Shown: positions 10,853 through 22,800 of the stretch, in pieces | How the letters are laid out: each line of letters starts with the position of its first letter | How positions within the stretch are numbered: position 1 is the first letter of the stretch | From: Escherichia phage UE-S5a | DNA: 64,000 bases | Reading direction: 5' to 3' (one strand) | Sequence record: PP175015.1 | The notes under the pieces: model-generated | The model's database searches: none | The model's input: only the letters and a program-made list of their open reading frames with translations | Told to the model about the DNA's origin: nothing | Position numbers and translations under genes: made by a program

Positions 10853-11689
10853 ATGTCTTGTTCTGCTGAGGTAGAAGCTAACCGACTCCTAGAAGAGTTA
10901 ACTAAGGGTGATGACTTTACCCTTCCTGATGTTGATATGACTGGCCCCGAATGGGATATCCCTGGTGGGGATGCTTCCCCAATCTTTGGTGCTATTGATA
11001 AAATATCCAATGAATCACTCACTACCCGTGAAGTTGGTGGTAGTGGTACGTTTGATGCATTAATGGAATCTGCACACAATCATCTGAAAGCTGAGTTTAA
11101 AGCTAACCGTATTACCGGTGGTGAATATACCAAAGCATACATTGCTATGATGGAATCTTGCATGAGCAATGCTGTTCAGTTCTTACTTGGTCGTGACCAG
11201 GCATACTGGGCTGCTGCTATGGCACAGATTCAGGCAGTTACTGCTCGTGTTCAACTGGCAACGTCTAAAGCACAGTTTGTGCTGGCTAAGATTCAGGCAC
11301 TGTCTGCTAAGAGTGAGTATGCTCTTACTAAGATGAAGATTGCTACTGAGTCTGAAACATACTGTGCTGCATTGTTTAATGTTAGTCAGATGTTACCTCA
11401 ACAGCTTAAATTGCTTACTGAGCAGACTGAAGCACAACGTGCACAGACACTTGATACCCGTAGTGATGGAGCTACTGTTACTGGTTCTGTAGGTAAACAG
11501 AAAGAGTTGTACTCACAACAGATTACTTCTTATCAACGTGATGCAGAGGTTAAAGCATCTAAGCTGTTTACTGATGCATGGATTACTCAGAAGACTATTG
11601 ATGAAGGCTTGAATCCACCAAATGGTTTCACTAACGCAAGTATTGACACCATTCTGACCAAGCTGAAGTCTAACAACGGGCTGAACTAA
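10853..11689 (+). CDS. Virion structural protein (N4 gp54-like by position)
   Basis: Track start 10847 abuts the RBS; second ATG at 10853 has AAGAGGA at proper spacing. Confidence 0.5.
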   Translation: MSCSAEVEANRLLEELTKGDDFTLPDVDMTGPEWDIPGGDASPIFGAIDKISNESLTTREVGGSGTFDALMESAHNHLKAEFKANRITGGEYTKAYIAMMESCMSNAVQFLLGRDQAYWAAAMAQIQAVTARVQLATSKAQFVLAKIQALSAKSEYALTKMKIATESETYCAALFNVSQMLPQQLKLLTEQTEAQRAQTLDTRSDGATVTGSVGKQKELYSQQITSYQRDAEVKASKLFTDAWITQKTIDEGLNPPNGFTNASIDTILTKLKSNNGLN

Positions 11690-11690
11690 T

Positions 11691-14345
11691 ATGGGCTTAT
11701 TCAGTGGGAAGACCAAAGTATACGTAGCATCCTCTGTCTATAACATGGCAGGGGATATACATAAACGCCCTAACTATATGAAGACTGTAGTTATAGGTAA
11801 TATTGTTTCCAATACAGGATTCACTATGGCAGATACTATCTCTGATAGTTATCTGAATGGGCCAGGTATTCGTATGCGACTGTTCTCCAGCTGGAGTAAG
11901 AACCACTATGATTCAGTAGTTGGTATGGCTGGTTCTTCATTGGGTGTATTGGCTAAGATTGACCCTACCGTTATAGAGGGTCAAATTACACCCCCTGCTG
12001 GTGAATCAGTCTATGTTCAGGCAGCAGAGATTGGCTTTGCTGACTTTGAGCAATGGTGTGACCAGTATCTTTATGAGAATGCTCCAAGTCGAATCATGGA
12101 ACGATTCGACATAGATATTGATGAAGATACTAATGAAATCACTATGACCTCCTTAGATGGGGGCTCTACTATTACATTCACACCTACTAACTTTGAACCA
12201 GGTGCTTTATATCTCTATGCTGATTACTCATTCTATAAGACCCCTTCTACTAATCCTCCGGTAGTAGGACCGACTACTGTCTATGATGATGAGGATGACT
12301 TACCTTCCACTTTGTTATGGACTACCGTCTCAAGTGATACGACGGCTAACACAACCAATCTTACTAAGACTATACATACTCATTCTGTTTACTCTGATGG
12401 CAGACCGGATGAAGACAGTACTGTCACAGAACCAAGTGTGGATAACTGGAACTCTTACGTTAAAGTTTATCGTAGAGGATTCACTGAGAAACCTGATGAT
12501 GTGACTGTAGTTGTATCTGACAGGGTAATGACTCATACAAAATTTGGTGAGATTCAATCCAGTACTTCTGTAACTACTAATGTGGTTGATATAGGTGGAG
12601 GTGTTACTCGTACAGATACAATCACTACAACCACAGAGACACTGGTTCGTAAGTACTCATCCCAGACTACCCGTACTGATACCGAGATGACTGCTGTTAG
12701 TACACCTAAAATGCTTATTTATAAGCAGAACTCCGGTAACGTTGCACTGGATTCTTTGTTCGAGACTGAAGCTACTGATAACCGATTCTACCCATTCATT
12801 CCAATCAGAAATGATAAGCAATGGGTAGAGAATGACCCAATCTACCCACACTGTAAGAAAGCCCTTTATAAAGCTACTGGTGGAAAAATTGATAAAGTAG
12901 TCACAGAGCTTAAGAAGAATGATGACATAGGTGATATTCAGTACATCTATGGTTCATTTGGTGTATCCCTTAATACCCCCGAGGATAGTGCTAAGGAATA
13001 CATCTATCGTTTCTTTCAGATGGCTACTGAAGCATTCCCACCTGACCCAACCTACCCAACACTGGAAGCAGTGATTGCAGGCTATCAGGCAGCAAATGAT
13101 GCAGTTGACGCATATGTGGAATGGTGGAACAGGACTGAAGGGCATATTATTGGAACACCTCCACCACTGCCAGAATACCCAGTTATACCTAAGCGAGAGT
13201 TTAGGGTGCATAGTAATAAGCAGTACAAGTACGACATGACTATTGGCTGGAACTATGTATCTGAAACTACCCATTCAGGTCAAGCATGGTCTGGTGCTAA
13301 GCAGGGGCAACTTCGAGCCAGGTATGCAGGAGATATAACCCTTACTCGTAAGAACATAAGGACAGCTTCCAACTCCGGTTCTGCTAAGAAACTTGAGGTA
13401 ACATACACATTCTATTCAATGCAGGAATACGAGTTGCTTTGGCAGGATGGTAATAATACCTATCGTAAACTTAGAGTACTGGGTCTAAATCACAACAACA
13501 GGGTATATAAAAATAAGTCAGTGCACATTGATGTTGCCGAAGCAATGGGTGATGCAGAGGAGAGTGGATTCATTATTCCACTGCACACCAATATCTACCG
13601 TTCAATGTCACTGGTTCGTAGCACTCAGTTATCCACTGCCTGCTCCTACTTAGTGATGAACTCATATAAGAAGGTTAAGCAGAAGTGGTATCAGACTGGG
13701 GCATTTAAAATTGTTGTTGTAGTGGTAGCTGTAGTTGTCTCTGTATTTACAGCAGGTGCTGGTGGTGCAGGTATACTTGGGGCATACGGTGCAGTCGGTG
13801 CATCACTTGGTTTTGTTGGATTAGCTGCTGTAATAGTTGGTGCTGTAGCAAACGCCATAGCTGCAATGATTCTGGTATCCATTATTACTAAAGTATCTAC
13901 TTCACTGTTCGGTGATAAGCTAGGTTTTATCATTGCTGCTATTGCCTCAATGGTAGCCATGAACGTTGGTACTGCTTTGTCTACTGGTACATCCTTATCC
14001 TCTTTAGCTGGTGAAATGATGAATGCTCAAAACATCATGCAACTTACCAGTTCAGTGGGTAATGGCATTAGTCAGTATATTAATGCATCCACGGCTGCTA
14101 CTATTCAGAAAGCAGAGAGTGTAATGCAGCAGTACAATACTGATATGATGGCAATCAATAAGCAGTATGAAGAGATGTTCGGTACTGCTGGACAGGGTGT
14201 GATTGACCCCATGCAATTCGTGTCAATGGAGTCGTTGGATTCATTCTTGTCACGTACTCTCATGACTGGTTCAGATATAGCTGACTTGTCTTTAGACATG
14301 GTTGGCAACTACTCTGATATGACTCTTAATACTGACCTTGTTTAA
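11691..14345 (+). CDS. Large virion protein with Gly/Ala-rich hydrophobic C-terminal region (N4 gp53-like by position)
   Basis: 884 aa; residues about 670-770 are an extended hydrophobic Gly/Ala/Val tract (AFKIVVVVVAVVVSVFTAGAGGAGILGAYGAVGASLGFVGLAAVIVGAV...). Confidence 0.5.
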   Translation: MGLFSGKTKVYVASSVYNMAGDIHKRPNYMKTVVIGNIVSNTGFTMADTISDSYLNGPGIRMRLFSSWSKNHYDSVVGMAGSSLGVLAKIDPTVIEGQITPPAGESVYVQAAEIGFADFEQWCDQYLYENAPSRIMERFDIDIDEDTNEITMTSLDGGSTITFTPTNFEPGALYLYADYSFYKTPSTNPPVVGPTTVYDDEDDLPSTLLWTTVSSDTTANTTNLTKTIHTHSVYSDGRPDEDSTVTEPSVDNWNSYVKVYRRGFTEKPDDVTVVVSDRVMTHTKFGEIQSSTSVTTNVVDIGGGVTRTDTITTTTETLVRKYSSQTTRTDTEMTAVSTPKMLIYKQNSGNVALDSLFETEATDNRFYPFIPIRNDKQWVENDPIYPHCKKALYKATGGKIDKVVTELKKNDDIGDIQYIYGSFGVSLNTPEDSAKEYIYRFFQMATEAFPPDPTYPTLEAVIAGYQAANDAVDAYVEWWNRTEGHIIGTPPPLPEYPVIPKREFRVHSNKQYKYDMTIGWNYVSETTHSGQAWSGAKQGQLRARYAGDITLTRKNIRTASNSGSAKKLEVTYTFYSMQEYELLWQDGNNTYRKLRVLGLNHNNRVYKNKSVHIDVAEAMGDAEESGFIIPLHTNIYRSMSLVRSTQLSTACSYLVMNSYKKVKQKWYQTGAFKIVVVVVAVVVSVFTAGAGGAGILGAYGAVGASLGFVGLAAVIVGAVANAIAAMILVSIITKVSTSLFGDKLGFIIAAIASMVAMNVGTALSTGTSLSSLAGEMMNAQNIMQLTSSVGNGISQYINASTAATIQKAESVMQQYNTDMMAINKQYEEMFGTAGQGVIDPMQFVSMESLDSFLSRTLMTGSDIADLSLDMVGNYSDMTLNTDLV

Positions 14346-14358
14346 CAGGAGAATCCCC

Positions 14359-14802
14359 ATGGATTTGTCATTCTTAACAGGCAACCCAACTCCACAGCCA
14401 GCTGCTATGTCTTGGATGTCTAATAACAATCAGAACTTTAATACCCCGGCTATGAACTATAACCCAGGTGCAACTATTGGTATGGGGGCAAATACAGGAG
14501 TAGCCTCCCCTACTTCTTTCCTGTCTGGTTCAGCTGATCAGTTGGGATTGAATGTACCTACCTTCCAATTAGGACTGGGTGCACTTGGTTCATTAGCTAA
14601 TATCTACAGTGGTTTCCAGGCTAATAAGTTAGCCAAAGACCAGTTGAACTTTACTAAGAGTGTTACTAACACTAACCTGAATAACCAGATTAAGTCTTAT
14701 AACACTGCACTGGAAGATCGTGCTCGTAGTCGTGCTACAGCAGAGAACCGTGACCAGTCTACTGCTGATGCTTATATTGCAGCTAATAAATTAACCCGTT
14801 AA
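14359..14802 (+). CDS. Virion protein (N4 gp52-like by position)
   Basis: Track start 14338 is TTG; ATG at 14359 preceded by AGGAGA. Confidence 0.45.
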   Translation: MDLSFLTGNPTPQPAAMSWMSNNNQNFNTPAMNYNPGATIGMGANTGVASPTSFLSGSADQLGLNVPTFQLGLGALGSLANIYSGFQANKLAKDQLNFTKSVTNTNLNNQIKSYNTALEDRARSRATAENRDQSTADAYIAANKLTR

Positions 14803-14814
14803 TAGGAAACCATC

Positions 14815-16779
14815 ATGGCTCAAATTACATGGCGTAATGTTGATGCACCTAACTTCTCTGGAGTAGGTGACAGCATTCGCACATTTGGCAACATGATTGG
14901 TAACGCCACCTCTGGCTTAAGTGATGCACTGGGTAATTTCCAGAACGCTGCCAAGCAGGAGGCTGGCAATGCCGTCATGATGAATGCTATGCAGTATCAA
15001 GATCCTACTGAGTACCGTAATGCTTTGGCATCAGGTGCACTGTTTCAGGGGGTTGACCCTTCATTGGTAAACCAGCGTACTCTCCAGAATCTGGATGAGC
15101 GAGCAGGTACACTGCTGACTCAACAAGGACAGCAGGGAACCAATGACTACATTGCATATCGCTTTGGTCGCTTAAAGGATATTAACTCAGCACTAGATAA
15201 TGCTTCTCCGGCTATTCGTTTATTGTCTGAGGCTTATCAGTCTGGTGACCAGAATCGTATTAATACTGCATTGGGTCAGACTCGTGAGGCATTATCTACG
15301 CTCCCAGCTGACCAACAGTTAGAATTGTTAGGTAGTTTACAAGGACAGGGTAGTGCTGCTATTAATCAGGCGAGCAATCGTTTTGATTTGGGTGTTGCTC
15401 AACGTAATGATGCCGATAGTCAGGCAGCTATGGGTGTAATGGCACAGATTACCCGTGGTGCTGAGAACCCTAATGATGCCCGTCTGTTGGCAGAAGCATA
15501 CAGTAAGAACCTGTCTCCAGTTGCACAGGCACGCTTGCAGGGATTACTGGCTAATGCTTACCCGGGTGTTTACGGTAATGGTGTAGGTGCTACGTCTGCT
15601 CCTGGTACTGCTGGTACTCGTCAGGGTTCACCTTACGATGTTACTTATCAGTTTGCTGGTACATCTACTCCTATTACTCAAATGAGTATTGGTGATGTAA
15701 TTAAACACCAGGATGGTATGAAATCGAACCAGGGTGCTTCCCCTGTTGGTGCATTCCAGATTAACCAAGCTACTCTGAAAGACTTCGCTCCCAAAGTTCT
15801 TGGTTCAGATTGGCAAAGCCAGCCTCTTTCTGCTGAGAACCAGGATAAGATTGGTAAGGCTATCTTCGAGTCTCGTAAGAATGGCAACCTTAAAGATACC
15901 TGGGCTGCTCTTCCTAACTCTACCCCTGGTGCTTATAAGGATATGACTTGGGAACAGATTAAACCTGTTATTGCCCAAGCTGAAGTAGGGGCTGACCCAT
16001 TCGCTCTGATTCAGAATAATCAAGGAAATCAGGCAGTATCCACTCTGGCTCAGGGTATGATTGGTACTCGTTCTATGCAGGATAATACCGGTAGTCTTAA
16101 TACTGACTTCCTTGGTACTGTCACTGATAATACTCCAGTAGGTGAAATTGCTAACCGTCTATTAGATGGTGACTTTAAAGGTGCTGACCGTAACTGGGTA
16201 CTGAACCGACTAACTGATATTTCTCAACGTGGAAATATGTCACCAGCTATGGCTGCTGCTGTTATGCAGCGTGCACAGACTGGTGTACCGGAAGGTTACA
16301 TTAGCCGTGCTATTGATGCAGTTAACCCATTCATTACCAACGAAGCCGGTAATGGTATGCGTCTTAATGACCGTTTGGTAGATCAGTTAATTGAGGGTGT
16401 ACAACGTGGTGAACCACTGGAAGGCAGTGTGCGTAATCTTGGACGTGCTCAAGCTATGCAGAACATTCAGGCAGCACAGACTGCTTATGATGCTGCTGTA
16501 GCTGCACTGACAAATACTCAGAACAAGATTAACACCGGACAAACAGGACTTACTGCATTGTTACCTGCACGTCAGGAAGCTGTTACTAAAGCTGCTGCAA
16601 TGCTTCAAGCTGCACAAGCCCAAGTGCAAGCAGACCCAGCTAACCTGGCTCCAAGAGGTTTTCGGTCACAGGTTAGTGTGGACAGAGCACGAGCCAAGGA
16701 AGATGAAGAACGTGCTGCACGTTATCTACGTCAGGCACAGGGTTTGCCTGAGTATATGCAACCAAGACAAAATCGGTAA
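14815..16779 (+). CDS. Virion protein (N4 gp51-like by position)
   Basis: 654 aa, Gln/Ala/Asn-rich; immediately upstream of vRNAP gene. Confidence 0.5.
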   Translation: MAQITWRNVDAPNFSGVGDSIRTFGNMIGNATSGLSDALGNFQNAAKQEAGNAVMMNAMQYQDPTEYRNALASGALFQGVDPSLVNQRTLQNLDERAGTLLTQQGQQGTNDYIAYRFGRLKDINSALDNASPAIRLLSEAYQSGDQNRINTALGQTREALSTLPADQQLELLGSLQGQGSAAINQASNRFDLGVAQRNDADSQAAMGVMAQITRGAENPNDARLLAEAYSKNLSPVAQARLQGLLANAYPGVYGNGVGATSAPGTAGTRQGSPYDVTYQFAGTSTPITQMSIGDVIKHQDGMKSNQGASPVGAFQINQATLKDFAPKVLGSDWQSQPLSAENQDKIGKAIFESRKNGNLKDTWAALPNSTPGAYKDMTWEQIKPVIAQAEVGADPFALIQNNQGNQAVSTLAQGMIGTRSMQDNTGSLNTDFLGTVTDNTPVGEIANRLLDGDFKGADRNWVLNRLTDISQRGNMSPAMAAAVMQRAQTGVPEGYISRAIDAVNPFITNEAGNGMRLNDRLVDQLIEGVQRGEPLEGSVRNLGRAQAMQNIQAAQTAYDAAVAALTNTQNKINTGQTGLTALLPARQEAVTKAAAMLQAAQAQVQADPANLAPRGFRSQVSVDRARAKEDEERAARYLRQAQGLPEYMQPRQNR

Positions 16780-16786
16780 TACTAAC

Positions 16787-16810
16787 AAAAGCCCTTCGGG
16801 GCTTTTTTCT
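16787..16810 (+). terminator. Rho-independent terminator upstream of vRNAP gene
   Basis: AAGCCC-ttcg-GGGCTT followed by ttttct. Confidence 0.6.
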
Positions 16811-16873
16811 TACACTGGCTTACTGTAGAGTAAGCTTTCCATATACGATATAAGTTTGAACAGGAAACATGCT

Positions 16874-19800
16874 ATGTCAACATTTGACCGTCTGGCAGGT
16901 TTCGCAGACAGCATCACTAATGCTAAGCAAGTCGATGTCTCTACTGCAACCTCTCAGAAGCAAGCTGCACAAGGGCAAAGCCCTTTCCAATTAACCCCAG
17001 AGAATGCTTACAATCTCCAAACTGGTCGTGTAGGTAATCTTGGAATCGGTGCATTCGAACCAGGTTCACTTCAGGCAGATTTCACTCAAGCCTCCCCATT
17101 AGAAATTCTTAATAAATACGGTAATGAGCAAGGTCTACAGATTCTTAATAGCCGGGCTAATGCTGCTGATGCTGTACGTCAGGACTTATCTAAACAACGT
17201 ACTAACGCAGAAGCATTTGGTGATACTCTTTCTGGTGTTGGTCTTGGTGTTGCTAATACCCTTGGGGGCATTGCTGCTCTTGGCACAGGTCTGGTCAATG
17301 ATAATGCCGGGGCATCCATTGCTTCCGGTATGGATTGGCTGAATGAAGGGGTACACAATCTACAGTCTGATGCTCTGAATGCTACCCGTAAGGTTGTTCA
17401 GAATCAGAACCAGATTTCTGCACAAAAGAACCAGAGACTCTACGAAGAAGATATTAAAAATGGTGAGAACGATTTAGTTGCCTCCCTGTCTCGTATTGGT
17501 CGTGATGCTTTTGATTCTGTTGCTAATACACTTAATAATGGTATGGCTGCTACTGATGGGCTGAGTGAAGGTGTTGGTTCTCTCTTTACCGGTGGTCCAT
17601 TAATTCGTGGTGTATCTGCACTCGGTAAAGTAATGGTAGGTGGTGATAAAGCTGTTAAGGGTATTACCTTAGCTGCTGAGTTAGGTTCACGTCCTGCACA
17701 GGTTGCATTGTCTGCTGGTCGTGTTGCTGCACCTGCTATTGCAATTGGTGGTATGGAAGCTGGTGGTGCATACCAACAGACTGCTTCCGAAATCATGAAG
17801 ATGTCCCATCAAGAATTGGCAAGTAAGTCTCCTGTTTATCAACAGCATATCGCTGATGGTTTATCTCCTGATGAAGCACGTCGCCAAACTGCATCTGAAA
17901 CGGGTATCATTGCTGCTGGCTTAACTGCTCCGGTTGCTGCTGCTACTGGTCCTCTGGTATCCAAATTTGAACTTAACCCACTTAAGGTAGGTTCGCTGGC
18001 TGGTGCTGGTTCTAACATGCTACGTGAAACAGTAGAAGAAGGTATTCAGTCTGGTACAAGTCAGTTTGCACAGAACAAGGCAATTCAGGGTAATGTAGAT
18101 GCTAAGCGTGATTTGCTTAAAGGTGTCGGTGAGCAAGCAGGTCTTGGTGCACTCTACGGCTTCGGTAGTGCTGGTGTTGCTCAGGCTCCAGGTACAACTG
18201 TTAAAGCTGTTGGTGCTTCTGCTGGGCCTGCTTTACGTACTACTCTGGCTGGTGCTTCTCTGGTTGGTAGTGCATTAGCAAAAGCTGCCTCTCCTATTAC
18301 TAACATCCTGGTTCAGCGTGGCGAAGAAGTTGCTAAGCGTAATGAACAAGCTTCCCCTGTATCTGATGCTACGGTTAATGCTGCTGCACAAGAAGCTACT
18401 GCTCAAGCAGAACAAGCACAAGCAACTGTACAAGAAGCAGTAGATGCAATGGATATTTCTCCTGAAGATAAAGCTGCTGCTACTCAGTATGCTGCTGACT
18501 TAACTCAGGCAATGAAATTTGACCCAGTAGAACTGGAACAAGCTAACCCAGCAATCCGTGAAGCTGTTTCTGGTTCCACTAACCGTGTTGAAGCTATTCA
18601 GAAGATGGCTGACCTGGTTAATACTGCCGAAGACCCTAACGTTCAAATGGAAGCTGCAATCCAGATGTATGACAACATCATGTCTATGGATAGCTTCATT
18701 AACCGTGATCCTGGTGCTTTAGCTAATCTGGAACAGGGTTCTCCTGCTGCTAATATTGTTGACCAGTTCTCCGGCCTGATGGCTAACGTTCAGAATACAC
18801 CAAAGGTACTTCGTGCATTCCGTGCCATCCATTCTATGATTCAGGAACAGGCTGAAGCAGGTAAACTGAAAGCTACCGAAGAAGCTAACCAAGCCCAAGC
18901 AAACAACATTGCTATGGCTGCTGATATGTCTCCAGAAGTACTGGATGCAGACTCAGTGAACATGGTTCTGAAACATGCAAGTGAAGGTAAGATTACACTG
19001 GGGAATCGTCAGCGTGCTGCCCTGCAATCTGCTGCTGCTCTATTGCAAGGAGCACGAGAATTTGACGCTAAAGCAGAAGAACTAGGCTTACGTCCTCAAG
19101 ACATTGTTAGTAAACAGATTAAAACCGACGAGTCTCGTTCTAATGAAGGTCAGTACTCTGCGTTGCAACATGCTAAACGCATTCGTTCTGCGTACAACTC
19201 TGGTAACTTCGATTTGGCTTCCGCTTACCTCGACGACTTTATGAAGTTCGCCCAGCACATGCAGAATAAGGTCGGAGCGTTGAATGAGCATCTGATTTCT
19301 GGGAATGCGGATAAGAATAAGTCTGTCCATTATCAGGCTCTTACTCCCTCCCGTGAATGGGTACGTAGTCGTACTGGTCTTGGTGTTAATCCGTATGATA
19401 CCAAGTCGGTTAAGTTTGCCCAGCAAGTAGGACTGGAGGCCAAAACCGTAGCTGATATTGCTAACGCACTTGCTACGGCTTACCCGGAGCTTAATGTTTC
19501 TCATGTGAAGGTTACTCCATTAGATTCACGTCTGGACAAGCCTGCTGCCCAGGTAGTTAAAGAGTTCCGTCAAGGTGGTCTTGATGCCACTCAGTCTCAA
19601 CAGACCAATGAACCAGTGAATCAGGTTGATGAAACTCCTGCACCAGCGCAAGAGACTACTACTACTGTACAGCCTAAAGCTAAACCAGTGGTAGAAAATA
19701 AGACTGTTCCTGTTAAAGAGGCTAGTTCAAAAGCAGAAGAAGTCTCTACTACTAAGTCTGAAACAGTAGATGCTACCCTCACCAATGAGGATACCACTCA

Positions 19801-22800
19801 AAAAGTAGCTGAAACTAAAACGGAAATGGAAACAGTTTTCCCTGTCTATAACAATGACAAGACACCGAACCAGTTCCTGAAATCATTTACCCTGCCGGAA
19901 GAACCTAAGTCTCGCACCATTGGTTCTGAATCCCCTTTGACTGATATTAAGCAAGCACTGTCTTCTACTGCACGCTTTGAAGCATTCACTCAAAAAGAAA
20001 ATAACGCTCTCACAAGTGATGTGATTAAGCGTTATCAGGACTTAATGGGCTTTGGTGAAACTCTGAAGACTACTCTGTCTGATCGTCTGGCTAAGTTTCT
20101 TGCTAATAAGAACGTTGGTAAACGCTTTGCAGAAGGCACAGAGGCTAACCGTTGGGTAGGTGGTAAGTTACTTAATATCGTAGAGAAAGACGGAGACACC
20201 TTTAAGTTCAATGACCAGTTGTTAGAGACTGCTGTACTTGCTGGTCTGCAATGGCGACTGACTGCTACACAGAATGCTGCTGTTAAAGACATGAAAGATG
20301 TAGCTGCTATTACTGGAGTAGAAGCATCCTTGTTACCTGAAGGTATCCTGGCTGAATTTGAGAATGCTCAGACTCTGGTTGAAGCTACTAACTCACTGGC
20401 TCAAAAGATTGAATCTTACTGGGGATTGAATCGTAATCCTAATGCACCACTGGGTTATACCAAAGGTATTCCAATGGCAATGGCTACAGAGATTCTGTCT
20501 TCTCTCATTGAGATGGGTGAAGTTAAAGAGTCTATGCTTGATGTGTCTGAGATTGACCCAGACTCTAATAAGACCGTCGGTCTGTATACCATTGAGAAGC
20601 TGGATGATAACGATGCCATTAACAAGTTCCCTACTGCTATCGAGGAAGCTGTTCTCGTAGAACCAGAAGAGAAAATGTACTTTGGTGATGATATTCCTTC
20701 CGTGGCTCAAACTCAGTTACGTAACCCTGCTGTTAAGAATACCCCAGAGCAGAAAGCTGCTCTTAAAGCAGAACAGGCTACCGAGTTCCGTGTACACATG
20801 CCGATGGTTAACTTCTATGAAGCATTAGGTCGTGACAACATTCTGGAACTGATGGGTGCTGGTACTCTTAATCCTGAACTGCTGAACGTGAACACTGCTA
20901 AGTCACTGGAGGGTAAAAACCTGTCAGTGTCTATGGCATATGATTCCCTGTTCGGTGTAATCAACCAGTTACAGGAACAGGAGAATGGTCTGGATACGCC
21001 TATTCACTATGGTTACAACATGACCCGTGTAGGTCGTATGCAGATGTTAGGTAAGAACAACCCACAGTCCAGCAAGCTGGTTCGTGAAGCAATTCTGCCA
21101 ACCTTCTCTACTATCGACTTAAGTAATGAAAACAGTCAGACGTTCTCTGATTTCCAGTTAGGTCTGTCTCAGGCATTAGGTATCAAGGTTCATAATATGT
21201 CCCGTGAAGCTATGTCTGAAAAACTGACCAAAGCTCTGGAAGGTAATTTGAAACCTGCTGTTGATATGATGGTTGAGTTTGATAAGTCCGGGCACTTACC
21301 AGCCGATGCAGTAGATATTCTTAAGACATCTCTGGGTGGTGATAAATCATTCGTAGCTCTTATGGCTCTTATGGAGTATGCCCGTTACCTGAACAGTGAT
21401 GACCGTGCCAACTTTAATACCCCACTGTACGTTGAAGCCGATGGTGTAACCAACGGACCAATCAACGCAATGGTATTAATGACTGGTGGTAAGTTCACTT
21501 CAGACTGGATTAAGAATACTGCTAAAGGTGGTCTGTTCTTCGGTAAAGCTGGTAAGACTATGAATGAACATCGTTCACAGGATGACAGTGTTGACCTGTA
21601 TGAAGCATCTACCAATGGTCTGCAACAAGCACTTAATGAGTTACGTACTACTTACCGTAACAACGTTCCGGTTATGAACCAAATGAATCATCTTCAGAAG
21701 TTAATGGACCTGTTTATTAAAGACTTTAACCTGAATGAAGACGGTACTCTGGACCTGAAACGTGGTATCGCTAAAAACCCACTGACCATTACCATCTATG
21801 GTTCAGGTGCTCGTGGTATTGCTGGCAAGATGGTTAGTGCAATTACTGACACCATCTATGAACGATTCAGTGATGTTCTGCAAGCTCGTGCTGCTGACCC
21901 TAGCATTTCCCCAGCTATGGCAATGTTTGGTAAGGAGGCTGCGTCTGAGGCTGATGCTCAGGCTATGCTGGATACTTTCCTTACTTCTATGGAAGCACTG
22001 ACTGGTAATGTTCCAGTTATGCGTAAAGGTGAATTGTCTATTCAACAGGTAGAAGGTGCTCTGACTGGTAAGTTAGACCCTCAGAAGTTTACCGTATCGG
22101 GTAATGCCCTGAAGAACTTACAAGAGAACATGCTTCACCTGTTCGTTGAACCAATGCGTACTGGTATCCGGAATACTGTTGGGGAAGGTCTGATGCATTC
22201 TACTGAGAACTTGCAGAAGGCTACCCAGATTCAGTCTTTGGTTCTACAAGACATGTTCCAACAAGCAGTACAGGCTAAGCTGGCAGAAAAAGAAAAAGAC
22301 CCAACCTGGAAGAAGGGTGATTTCTTAACACAGAAAGAACTGAATGAAATTCAGGAATCATTGTCTCCACTGGCTCCAATGATTGAGACTGGTTCACAGA
22401 CTTTCTATATTGCTGGTAGTGAGAATACTGATGTTGCTAACCAGGTACTGGCTACCAACTTAGATGACCGTATGCGTGTGCCAATGAGCATCTATGCTCC
22501 TTCTCAGGCAGGCGTTGCAGGTATTCCATTTATGACCATTGGCACTGGTGATGGCATGATGATGCAGACCCTTTCTACTATGAAAGGTGCTCCGAAGAAT
22601 ACCCTGAAAATCTTTGATGGTATGAACATTGGTATCGACAACATCACTGATGCAAGTCGTAAAGCTAACGAGGCTGTATACACTTCCTGGCAGGGTAACC
22701 CTATCAAGAATGTTTATGAGTCTTTTACTAAGTTCATGAAGAACGTAGACTTCAGCAAACTATCGGATGAAACCAAACAGGCTATCGCTAAATCTGCTCT

